Shown here one piece after another: positions 51,599 through 60,082 of a stretch of DNA of 64,000 nucleotides. Below the pieces are notes generated by a model. The model was given only the letters and a program-made list of their open reading frames with translations, was not told where the DNA came from and made no database searches. The stretch is from Bacilli bacterium. GTDB taxonomy: Bacteria > Bacillota_I > Bacilli_A > RF39 > UBA660. A program made the translations under genes and the position numbers. The stretch lies in the NCBI GenBank assembly GCA_017477845.1, contig JAFUTR010000031.1:15738-79737 (forward strand). Reading direction: 5' to 3'. Each line of letters opens with the position of its first letter. Within the stretch, counting starts at the first letter, position 1.

Positions 51599-53254
51599 AT
51601 GAATTATAGTTACTTATCAAACTTGGATTATAATGCTGGTATTTATATCAGACTTTCACAAGAAGATAAAGATAAGAAATATGAATCTGATAGTGAAAGT
51701 GTATCCAATCAAAAAGAAATTTTAAGAAATTATTGTAAAAATAATGGATTCAATTTAATAGATGAATATGTTGATGATGGCTATTCTGGAACTAATTTTG
51801 ATAGACCTGGATTTATTCAAATGATTGAAGATATTAAAGCAAAAAAGATTAATTTAGTAATTGTTAAAGACTTATCTAGGCTTGGTCGTGATCATGTAAT
51901 GACTGGTTATTATATAGAATCATATTTTCCTGAAAATAATGTAAGATTTATATCTATCGTAGAAAACTATGACAGTGCAAAGGTTCAAGCTAGTAATGAC
52001 TCCTCTACTTTTATAATTGCTTGTAATGATTACTATAGTAAACAAAACTCTTTAAAAATTAGAAATGTTTTAGACTCAAAGAGAAAAGATGGAAAGTTTA
52101 TAGGTAGTAAACCAAGCTATGGTTATATGAGAGATCCAAATGATAAAGGACACCTTATACCTGACCCTGAAGTTAGTAAATACGTTAAATTAATATTTGA
52201 ATGGAGAGCTAATAATATTGGAGTTAGTGAAATAGCAACAAGACTAACTGAGATGGGTGCTCCTACTCCTGCATCATATAAAAATATGCCAAAATCTAGT
52301 AGAGTTATTGAAAAAGATAAATGGACTATTCACTCTGTTCATAACATCTTACAGAATAGAATGTACACTGGAGACATGGTTCAGCATACACAAACCAACA
52401 TAAGTTATAAATCGAAAAAGAAAGTTACTTTAAATGAAAACTTATGGGTAGTTGTTGAAAATACACATGAACCTCTTGTAGATAAAGATACATTTATGCT
52501 TATCAATAAAAAGACTAAAAATAAGAATAGAACTTATCAAAAAAGAGAAAGAAAAGAAAGATTGTTAGAAGGTTTACTCTACTGCAAAGAATGTGGTAAT
52601 AGACTTGGAGTTCTTTATAGAAAAAAACAAGACTATTGGTGTATTAATTGTAATAAATATACAAGAGATCCTGTAAGAAAATTATGCACATCTCACTTTT
52701 TTGCCTACGATTATTTTGAAGAAATAGTCTTAAAAGAAATTAAAAAATTACTATTAGAACTATTTAATGATTTAGACATAAATGAATTAAATAACGAGGT
52801 TTTAATTAGAACTAAAAATAATAGTAATGATTATAAAAAACAAAAAGAAGATATTATTAAAGAACAAAATAAAATACTAGATATGATTAAAACAATTTAT
52901 CAAGATAGATTGGATGGAAATATTACTCCTGAACAGTATAAGTTATTGTCTAAACCATATGATGAAAGATTAAAAGAGTTAAATTCTCAATTAGAAGATA
53001 TAAATATTGAAATAGAAAAAAGAAAGAATAATGCAGATAAACTTCCAAATTACATAAACAAAATAAAAAGGTTGTTAAACTTAGACAACCCAAATAAGGA
53101 ATTATTATTTGCATTAATTGAAAGAATTGAAGCAGATAAAGATAGAAACATCACTATTAAATTTAGATATGACCTACTTGATACTCATACTTTTAAATAT
53201 GAAGATAATAGAGTTCATAATCCTTACGGTAGAAAAGGAAAAGATATGATATAA
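51599..53254 (+). CDS. large serine recombinase of the 17-kb element
   Basis: AGIYIRLSQEDKD (catalytic Ser), VKDLSRLGRD, recombinase domain, zinc ribbon CKECGN ... CINCNK, and a C-terminal coiled coil. 551 aa, ending 580 bp from the right end of the element. Confidence 0.9.
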   Translation: MNYSYLSNLDYNAGIYIRLSQEDKDKKYESDSESVSNQKEILRNYCKNNGFNLIDEYVDDGYSGTNFDRPGFIQMIEDIKAKKINLVIVKDLSRLGRDHVMTGYYIESYFPENNVRFISIVENYDSAKVQASNDSSTFIIACNDYYSKQNSLKIRNVLDSKRKDGKFIGSKPSYGYMRDPNDKGHLIPDPEVSKYVKLIFEWRANNIGVSEIATRLTEMGAPTPASYKNMPKSSRVIEKDKWTIHSVHNILQNRMYTGDMVQHTQTNISYKSKKKVTLNENLWVVVENTHEPLVDKDTFMLINKKTKNKNRTYQKRERKERLLEGLLYCKECGNRLGVLYRKKQDYWCINCNKYTRDPVRKLCTSHFFAYDYFEEIVLKEIKKLLLELFNDLDINELNNEVLIRTKNNSNDYKKQKEDIIKEQNKILDMIKTIYQDRLDGNITPEQYKLLSKPYDERLKELNSQLEDINIEIEKRKNNADKLPNYINKIKRLLNLDNPNKELLFALIERIEADKDRNITIKFRYDLLDTHTFKYEDNRVHNPYGRKGKDMI

Positions 53255-53281
53255 TATTTGTAATTTAAGGAGGTCTGCTTT

Positions 53282-53797
53282 ATGGACTGCAATGAAATTA
53301 TTACAAATATTATTATGCCTATTGTTTCAGCATTAATTGGTGGTGGATTAACATTAATTGGTGTGTTAATAACTATAAAATCAGAAAACAAAAAAAGGAA
53401 AGAAGAAATTAGGATAGCTAACAAACCATTATTCTATGTTATAGATCCTCAACAAGATTATGATTATAAAAATGCTGTTGATTTTGCTTTTTATCAAAAT
53501 GATAGCAAAAAAAATGAAGGCTTTTTTACTCTTATTTTTAAGAATACAGATAAAGCTATATTAATATTAGATTATATTGAAATAAATGGAATAAAGTATT
53601 ATTCAAAATATGGTAATGTTGTAGACAAAAGTGTAGTATTTAACATTTATATTTATGCTGATAAAAATACTTTTAAAAAATCAAATAATGAAATAATTTT
53701 TAGTATAAAAGATTCATTAAATAATAACTATAAATACAATTTAGAGTATACTGATGAAAATGGTAAAATAATTAAAGGCTATTATGAGATTAAATAA
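53282..53797 (+). CDS. hypothetical membrane-anchored protein (last gene of the element)
   Basis: 171 aa behind AAGGAGG, with one N-terminal TM. Confidence 0.5.
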   Translation: MDCNEIITNIIMPIVSALIGGGLTLIGVLITIKSENKKRKEEIRIANKPLFYVIDPQQDYDYKNAVDFAFYQNDSKKNEGFFTLIFKNTDKAILILDYIEINGIKYYSKYGNVVDKSVVFNIYIYADKNTFKKSNNEIIFSIKDSLNNNYKYNLEYTDENGKIIKGYYEIK

Positions 53798-53815
53798 TTT
53801 TTTTAAATTTAACCC

Positions 53816-54109
53816 TTAATAATTACTTATATCGCCACCACCAGCGTTTATGTGATTTGATAAAATTATAACATCTTCATCATTTCCAAAAGAATTAAGC
53901 ATTCTTCTAAGTCTTTCATTTCTTCCTATATCTTCATCATCTGTTCTAGTTATTGCAACAGGTACACCTAATTCTCTTAATCTATTGTATATATAGTTAG
54001 CAGATTTTAAGTTAAAATCTTTTTCTCTTATATTACCATTTACTGCTCCAGGATCACTTCCACCATGTCCTGCATCAACAACTACTCTTTTAGTAGTATT
54101 TCCATTCAT
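53816..54109 (-). pseudogene. 5' part of the split Amidase_3 gene (authentic sequence 53836..54109; the last 6 codons and the stop are element DNA)
   Basis: MNGNTTKRVVVDAGHGGSDPGAVNGNIREKDFNL ... VIILSNHINAGG, then GDISNY-stop. Start set to the ATG at 54109 after AGGTGA. Confidence 0.85.
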
Positions 54110-54200
54110 TATAATCACCTATATTAATGTATGTAAAACTAATAATGATGTGAAAAAAAATAAACTCTAAAAAGTTAAAATCAATTTAGAGTTTATTATT

Positions 54201-54737
54201 TTAATTAGTTACTGTAATTGTTGCTTCACTTATTGGCATATTAGCATAGTTCGCATCTACTAAATTAATAGTTCTAGTAGCACCTAAAGCATTTTCAACT
54301 TGAATAGTTTCCTGATTAGTAGTCATTGAAGTACTTTGAACATCAGTACTAAATTCATGATCACCATCAGATGCAGTTTGCTTATAATAAATTAGAGGTG
54401 CATCAGTTGTAGCAAAAGGAACATTTTCGAATACTGCATCTCCACTTTCATTTGTTGTTATAAGATTTCCATATTCTGTACCAGTACTATCAACTCTTGC
54501 AAAAGTAGCTCCTACAATTGGATTTCCACTTACTGTACCATCATCAGTAACATGAAGTGTTAATGTTCCATTTGCTGCAATAGAAAATGAATACTCATTT
54601 GTCCCAGAAACTACGTCAAAACTACTAGGACTTATTGAGGTATTGTCATACCCAACAACATTAGCTGAAACTGTATAACTACCATTAATTAACTCACTTG
54701 TTCCAGTACCATTTGTAATATTAATTATTTTTTCCAA
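54201..54737 (-). CDS. hypothetical protein with a Cna-B/prealbumin-like beta-sandwich repeat pattern
   Basis: Two segments of the type TDDGTVSGNPIVGATF ... TNESGDAVFENVPF ... YYKQTASDGDHEF, reminiscent of Cna-B-type repeats. It lies immediately upstream of the amidase gene on the same strand. Confidence 0.45.
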   Translation of the reverse strand: MEKIINITNGTGTSELINGSYTVSANVVGYDNTSISPSSFDVVSGTNEYSFSIAANGTLTLHVTDDGTVSGNPIVGATFARVDSTGTEYGNLITTNESGDAVFENVPFATTDAPLIYYKQTASDGDHEFSTDVQSTSMTTNQETIQVENALGATRTINLVDANYANMPISEATITVTN

Positions 54738-55122
54738 GTAAAATCTCTCCTTTCATAATTGGAATATTGTAATAAAAATCATTTAGTTGAAAGGTGACTA
54801 TTCTTCTAGGAATATAAATAATATTATTAAAATAAAAAGTATATATTTTTTGATCAGTAACATAAAATGCAGAATTAACTATTTGATTTCTAAAAACTGC
54901 ATATAATCTATATACTTTATTTTTTTCTAAAGATAATTGGACCTCACCATTATAAGAATTGCCACAATAGTATGTTTTCTCATTATCAAAAACTTTAACA
55001 TGAGCTTGATAATTGTCTAACAAACCAGTACCTATGAATTTAAGTATAATATTTTTTATTAAATCATCACCCTTCAATATATTATATTTAATTATTAAAA
55101 ATTGCATATAATTAACACCCAT
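54721..55122 (-). CDS. hypothetical protein
   Basis: 133-aa ORF overlapping the next gene by 17 nt. No motif recognised. Confidence 0.4.
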   Translation of the reverse strand: MGVNYMQFLIIKYNILKGDDLIKNIILKFIGTGLLDNYQAHVKVFDNEKTYYCGNSYNGEVQLSLEKNKVYRLYAVFRNQIVNSAFYVTDQKIYTFYFNNIIYIPRRIVTFQLNDFYYNIPIMKGEILLGKNN

Positions 55123-55219
55123 ATTAAAAAAATATTGATTTTCAATATTTTTTTTGTGATATTTTATATTAATAAAAAGTTATTATGGTGAAAAGCTTTT
55201 CAACAAAAGGAGGTTAATC

Positions 55220-55705
55220 ATGGATAAAGATTTTTTAAGAATATTTAACATGTATAAAAATGATATCTATAGATTAGCATATAGTTATACAAAAAACTTT
55301 TCTGATTCTGATGATATAGTTCAAAATGTTTTTATAAAGCTATATAAAAAAGAAAAAATTCTTGAAAAAAGTGATATTGAAATAAAGAAATGGTTAATCA
55401 AAGTAACTATCAATGAATGCAAAACAATATTTTTATCATCATGGAAAAAGAAAATATGTTCTTTAACAGAAAAAGAAGAAAATATTATGAAATCTCAAAG
55501 TAAAGAATATTTTCTACTTGATGAGATAAATAAATTATCTAAGAACGAAAGACTTGTTATATTCTTATATTATTATGAAAACTATAAAATAAAAGAAATA
55601 TCAACTATTATGAAAAAATCAGAAACGAATATTCAAACAATACTTTATAGAGCAAGAAATAAATTAAAGTATATTATAAAGGAGGGAAATTATAATGAAA
55701 AATAA
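55220..55705 (+). CDS. ECF-type sigma-70 family RNA polymerase sigma factor
   Basis: Region 2 (IYRLAYSYTKNFSDSDDIVQNVFIKLY) and region 4 (LSKNERLVIFLYYYENYKIKEISTIMKKSETNIQTILYRARNKL). Confidence 0.8.
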   Translation: MDKDFLRIFNMYKNDIYRLAYSYTKNFSDSDDIVQNVFIKLYKKEKILEKSDIEIKKWLIKVTINECKTIFLSSWKKKICSLTEKEENIMKSQSKEYFLLDEINKLSKNERLVIFLYYYENYKIKEISTIMKKSETNIQTILYRARNKLKYIIKEGNYNEK

Positions 55706-56450
55706 AATACAAAATTCATATAGTTCATTAGAAATCAGTAAAGAATTAGAAAATAATATTTTAAGAAAAACTATATATAAAAAGAAAAAATCTAATTATA
55801 AAAAATTAGGATATGCCATAGGAGTATTTTTACTTATTTTTACTATATCTATAACATTAGTAAATGCAAAACAAATAGTACAATTCTTTAAAAGTTGGTC
55901 TACAGGTATTGAATTTGAAAATGAAACTAAAGTAACACTTATTGAAAATGCAAATTTTAAAGAAATAAATAAAAGTGCAAAGAAAAGTGAAAACCCTATC
56001 GATATGTCCCATGATGAAGTTGAAAATAATCTTGGATTTCATATTTTAGATTATGACAATACAAGTACTAAAATAATGGGATATAGTACCGATTTAAATA
56101 AAGATGGTAGCATCGCAGTAGCAAGATTATGGTGGGCTGATTTTATTACTAATAATGATCAAAATTGGGAAAGTATTAAAGCTGTTTCCGTAAATATAAC
56201 TGTTCTTAATAAATTTGCTGAAGAAAAATATGTTCATCCATTTTTCGAAGGAATAGATGCAACTGCTGAAAAGGAATTAGATCAAGTATATGAAATAAAA
56301 AATTTAAATACTAAAGCTGTTATTTATGGAAATAGTTGGGATAAGAGAAGACTTACTGCAACATTTGTATATGATAATATTGTTTATGAATTTATTGGAC
56401 GTAATTATACAAAAGAAGAAATAATAGATATATTAGAGCATTTAAAATAA
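55695..56450 (+). CDS. putative anti-sigma factor (single TM, extracytoplasmic domain)
   Basis: Overlaps the sigma factor gene by 11 nt. It has a short cytoplasmic N-terminus, one TM and a domain of about 190 aa outside. Confidence 0.55.
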   Translation: MKNKIQNSYSSLEISKELENNILRKTIYKKKKSNYKKLGYAIGVFLLIFTISITLVNAKQIVQFFKSWSTGIEFENETKVTLIENANFKEINKSAKKSENPIDMSHDEVENNLGFHILDYDNTSTKIMGYSTDLNKDGSIAVARLWWADFITNNDQNWESIKAVSVNITVLNKFAEEKYVHPFFEGIDATAEKELDQVYEIKNLNTKAVIYGNSWDKRRLTATFVYDNIVYEFIGRNYTKEEIIDILEHLK

Positions 56451-56472
56451 AGAGAGTAAATCTCTTTTTTTA
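56449..56472 (+). terminator. rho-independent terminator
   Basis: AAAGAGA-GTAAA-TCTCTTT, followed by a T-run. Confidence 0.55.
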
Positions 56473-56533
56473 TATTTTTATTTAAATTATTAATTAAAAA
56501 AAGAACAATCATTTAATTGTCCTTATATCACCA

Positions 56534-57259
56534 CTATAGTTTAATTTTTTTTAAAACTTTAACCAAATCATCATTTATAACTAAATTAGCAAATCTATCA
56601 TAAGAAGTTCTATCCTTGTTTATTATTACAAGATACCTCCCTCTAAAGTAATCTATAAGTCCTGCTGCTGGATAAACAACCAAGGAAGAGCCTAATACTA
56701 ATAACATATCTGCTTTACTAATTACTTCTATAGATTTCTTTAAAACCATTTCTGGAAGTGCCTCTCCATATAACACAACATCTGGTTTAATGATTCCACC
56801 ACAAGTACACCTTGGAACGCCACTAGACTAAAAAACATATTTATAATCATATTCTTTTAAACAATCAACACAATGATTTTTATAAGTTGTACCATGTAAC
56901 TCATAAACATTTTTACTACCTGCTAAAGAATGTAGTCCATCTATATTCTGAGTAACAATAGCTTTTAACTTTCCTATATCTTCTAATTTTTTTAAAAACA
57001 TATGAACATAATTAGGTTTAACATTTTTTATTGAAAAGTTTTTTCTATAAAACTTATAAAAATCGTCTGTATCATTATAGAAATAATCATGACTTAGCAA
57101 AACTTCCATAGGAATATCAGATTCTTTAGATAATCCATATACTCCTCTAAAATCCTTTATACCACTAGCAGTAGAAACTCCTGCTCCTGTAAGTACCACA
57201 ATGTTTTTAGCTTCATCAATCATTTTTTGTATTTTTTTTACATTATCCAATTTTTTCAT
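56534..57259 (-). pseudogene. Sir2-family NAD-dependent deacylase gene with an in-frame TAG
   Basis: Track ORFs 56828..57259 (LTGAGVSTASGIKDFRG ... VTQNIDGLH ... HCVDC) and 56534..56776 (VVYPAAGL ...) are in the same frame. They are separated only by TAG (56828..56830); the 17 intervening codons read SSGVPRCTCGGIIKPDV, the second zinc-ribbon CxxC. Confidence 0.8.
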
Positions 57260-57689
57260 TTATCTGTTCCAATCCAACTTTATCAGTTTTTTTTACATTA
57301 AGTATTTCTGAATTCATAAAAATAGATTTTATATTATCTTTTATCATATTATTCTTTATCTTAAAAATCATTTCATAATTATCTCCAACGGTTACCGAGT
57401 TAAACCTTTTTTTCTCAACCTTTACAGTTTCAATCTCTTCTTTTTGAAATTCTCTAATAGTAATATACATATATCTATTATCATAACTAAATGCTATATT
57501 ATTAACATTATATGTTCTAGTAAATATCTTTCCAATTAAATCAGCTCTATCTTTTTCATGTTTTTTATTATGATTGTCAACATTCACTAAAACATAATCA
57601 TTATTTTTGTTAGTTGAGTTTGTAAAAATCACAAACACAAAAAATAATAAAAAAATAAATATTAACAAAGATACAATATTTTTTTTCAT
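57243..57689 (-). CDS. hypothetical membrane-anchored protein
   Basis: ORF with an N-terminal TM. No motif recognised. Confidence 0.4.
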   Translation of the reverse strand: MKKNIVSLLIFIFLLFFVFVIFTNSTNKNNDYVLVNVDNHNKKHEKDRADLIGKIFTRTYNVNNIAFSYDNRYMYITIREFQKEEIETVKVEKKRFNSVTVGDNYEMIFKIKNNMIKDNIKSIFMNSEILNVKKTDKVGLEQINEKIG

Positions 57690-57775
57690 AAAAAACACAC
57701 CCTTTATAACATTATTATATAAAAAAATACTGATAAATAAAAGAAAAACACATAAGAATGCTTTTCTTTAATATA

Positions 57776-60010
57776 CTATTCTCTATTAAATTTTTGATCT
57801 AATAATTTAACAAGTTCTTTATTACCACTAGGTGTTAAATGAATCTTATCAACCATTAAGTAATCTTTATTGTTCTTTATACTGGTATAGAAATCAAATA
57901 AATACAAATTTTCACGTTTCATTTCCATTTTTTTCAAAGAAATAATAATAACTTGATAATCTTTACATATTTTTAATATTTCTTCATATTGAGAAGATGT
58001 TATTTCAAAAGAATTATCAAAACCAAAAACTACACGATATGTCAATGATTTATTTTTTACACCTTCTTTTAATTCAGCCAATAATTTCTCATAAGTATAA
58101 TCGTTAGATAATTCATAATTGGCATTCGGGAATTTTTCTTTTAAACCATCAAAAGCATTTATTAATAAATCATTACCATAAAACGTAATTTTGTTTTTCT
58201 CTTCATCTTCATGTTTACTAATAATCTCTTCTTTTTTTATTTGATATTCATCATAATATAACTTATAAATTGCATCATATATGGCATTTGTATATGCTTC
58301 TTTTCCTAAAGGGGTGAGATGAACTCCATCAGGAACAAAATATTCATTATGATTTAGAGAAATTGCATGCCAATCAATTAAATGAACATTATCGTAAAGA
58401 GAAACAAATTTTTCTATTGATGAATTAACATGAACTTCGTAATCATTTGAAACATTAATCCAAAAAACAGTTCTATCACCTATAGTATTTAATATTACTT
58501 TTCTACAAGGATCTCCACATTGACCATTAGTTCCCAAAGCAATTATAATAGGATTTCCTAAAGAGCCTTTTTTTAATAAATTTGTTAAAACAGCATTTGC
58601 TTCATAGTCTGTCCTAGATACTTTTGCATCGACATACGCATTCGGAAATTTCTGATAAATATTACTTGCTGCTCCTAATAAAACTGAATCACCTATTCCA
58701 ACAATTGGAAGTTCACTTACAATTTTCTTAATCTCTTCTTCACCATTAGACAAATCATCCAATACTTTATTCCACTTTTCTTGTTCTTCATTTAAATTAG
58801 CCTTATACTCTTCTTGCTTAATTTTCAGCAATTCCTCATTTTTAGCCATTTGCTCTTCCAATTTTTTTAGTTCACTTGTATAATCCTTAGAAATAGCATA
58901 ATTATATAATCCAAATGAAGCAATCAATATTATAAAAACAAGACAAGTAATTTTTTCCTCTTCCTTTTTTACTATTCCATCACAATCCTTCTTATAATTT
59001 AAAGAAAAATTAATAATATAAGAAAGTGCAAAAATAATTAAAATCATTAAAGGGATTTTAAGCCAAAGATTCATTGAAATCTCATTGAAGAAAAATATTA
59101 CAGGAAATTGAATTAAATAAATTTCATATGAAAAAGATGATATCCAATTAAAAAATTTATCTATAAAAGTTTTTTTATTATCATAATAAACTGTTCCATA
59201 TTTTATTAATCGACAAGATATTAATGATGATATTATAAGTAAAACTACAATAGTTTTAGAATCAACAACAGTAAATGTAAAAAAATATAATAAGAGTACA
59301 AAATATGAATAGAACACTTCACGATTCAATAGTTTACTTGAGAAAAATTTAGGAAAATAATTATTAAAATAATAATGAAAAAAAGCCATATTGATACCAA
59401 CAATAAACGAAAAGGATCTTGCTACAGTTCCATAATATATATTCATAAAATTATCAACATTTCTAGAACAAATAAGATATACAAATAATATCAAAGAAAT
59501 AATAGTTAAAAAACAACATGATAATTTCTTTGATACCTTATCGCCAATTTTTTTTAAAATTAGAAATAATATAGGAAAAATAATATCTAACTGAATTAAA
59601 ATACTAATAAACCAAAAATGAGTAAAAAATGAAGTTGCACTCCTAGTAAAATAATCAAGATTAGTAGATATTTGCCATATATTATTATAACCTAAAAGTA
59701 CAGAAGTAGTTTCTGGTTTTAAATTAACCCAATTAAAAGAAGAAAATAAAGAATAAAAAGCGATTGTTAAAAAGACAACAATTAGCAGTGGAATATACAA
59801 TTTAATAAATCTATTTTTATAATAAGAAAAAATAGACACTTTATCTTTATAAAAAAATGATATAGAAGATAAATATCCAGATAAAACAAAAAAAGTGCAT
59901 ACAGCTAAATAACCGCCTTTTAATATATCAAGATGATACAACAAAACAGCTATGCACGAAATAGCTCTGATAAAATCTAAATCTCTATAATACTTTTTTT
60001 CAACCGCCAT
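57776..60010 (-). CDS. acyltransferase-3 family membrane protein fused to SGNH-hydrolase-like domains (OatA-like O-acetyltransferase)
   Basis: N-terminus YRDLDFIRAISCIAVLLYH with about 10 TM segments, a coiled-coil linker, and a C-terminal region with GIGDSVLLGAA (the GDS block of SGNH). Confidence 0.75.
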   Translation of the reverse strand: MAVEKKYYRDLDFIRAISCIAVLLYHLDILKGGYLAVCTFFVLSGYLSSISFFYKDKVSIFSYYKNRFIKLYIPLLIVVFLTIAFYSLFSSFNWVNLKPETTSVLLGYNNIWQISTNLDYFTRSATSFFTHFWFISILIQLDIIFPILFLILKKIGDKVSKKLSCCFLTIISLILFVYLICSRNVDNFMNIYYGTVARSFSFIVGINMAFFHYYFNNYFPKFFSSKLLNREVFYSYFVLLLYFFTFTVVDSKTIVVLLIISSLISCRLIKYGTVYYDNKKTFIDKFFNWISSFSYEIYLIQFPVIFFFNEISMNLWLKIPLMILIIFALSYIINFSLNYKKDCDGIVKKEEEKITCLVFIILIASFGLYNYAISKDYTSELKKLEEQMAKNEELLKIKQEEYKANLNEEQEKWNKVLDDLSNGEEEIKKIVSELPIVGIGDSVLLGAASNIYQKFPNAYVDAKVSRTDYEANAVLTNLLKKGSLGNPIIIALGTNGQCGDPCRKVILNTIGDRTVFWINVSNDYEVHVNSSIEKFVSLYDNVHLIDWHAISLNHNEYFVPDGVHLTPLGKEAYTNAIYDAIYKLYYDEYQIKKEEIISKHEDEEKNKITFYGNDLLINAFDGLKEKFPNANYELSNDYTYEKLLAELKEGVKNKSLTYRVVFGFDNSFEITSSQYEEILKICKDYQVIIISLKKMEMKRENLYLFDFYTSIKNNKDYLMVDKIHLTPSGNKELVKLLDQKFNRE

Positions 60011-60082
60011 TTTTATTACCTCATATGATAATATAATTATAAAAAGAATTAAGAAAAAAGTAAATATAATCGTATAATATTT

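Larger units (their letters stand above)
36680..53842. mobile_element. 17.16-kb integrative, mobilisable-type element inserted in the amidase gene (boundaries include both copies of the 7-bp core)
   Basis: Direct repeat CACCACC at 36680..36686 and 53836..53842. Inside the repeats are inverted arms GCGATATAAGT (36689..36699) and ACTTATATCGC (53825..53835). The element carries a large serine recombinase, a MobV-like relaxase and several defence-type modules. Confidence 0.8.

Noticed and set aside
3877-53424. Other short antisense or overlapping track ORFs: 3877..4068, 5056..5241, 7406..7702, 12316..12519, 15001..15261, 18075..18419, 19020..19205, 20583..20765, 22769..22984, 23948..24160, 24642..24854, 24898..25173, 31564..31764, 33712..33915, 36739..36981, 37268..37495, 38392..38694, 39776..39970, 41994..42182, 44430..44612, 45219..45410, 45545..45823, 46944..47144, 50857..51039, 53224..53424, 55857..56042, 62650..62853.
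   Set aside because: Each lies inside a longer ORF that has clear family motifs, either on the opposite strand or in another frame. They show low-complexity, hydrophobic AT-rich translation and no ribosome-binding sites.
36680-53842. The 7-bp direct repeat plus terminal inverted repeats as the signature of a DDE transposon (a target-site duplication).
   Set aside because: No transposase is encoded. The element carries a large serine recombinase near one end, and the reconstructed circular junction has the dyad-symmetric shape of a serine-integrase attP. The possibility cannot be excluded from the sequence alone.
28640-56500. The accessory region as an intact prophage.
   Set aside because: I could recognise no capsid, tail, terminase, portal or holin genes. 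The amidase is a LysM cell-wall hydrolase in an ECF-linked operon rather than part of a lysis cassette. The content is recombinases plus defence and regulatory cargo.
56828-56830. The in-frame TAG in the sirtuin gene as a pyrrolysine codon.
   Set aside because: There are no pyl genes or methylamine methyltransferases in the window. The position falls in a variable loop of the zinc ribbon. Two other genes carry different in-frame stops, which points to mutation or error rather than recoding.
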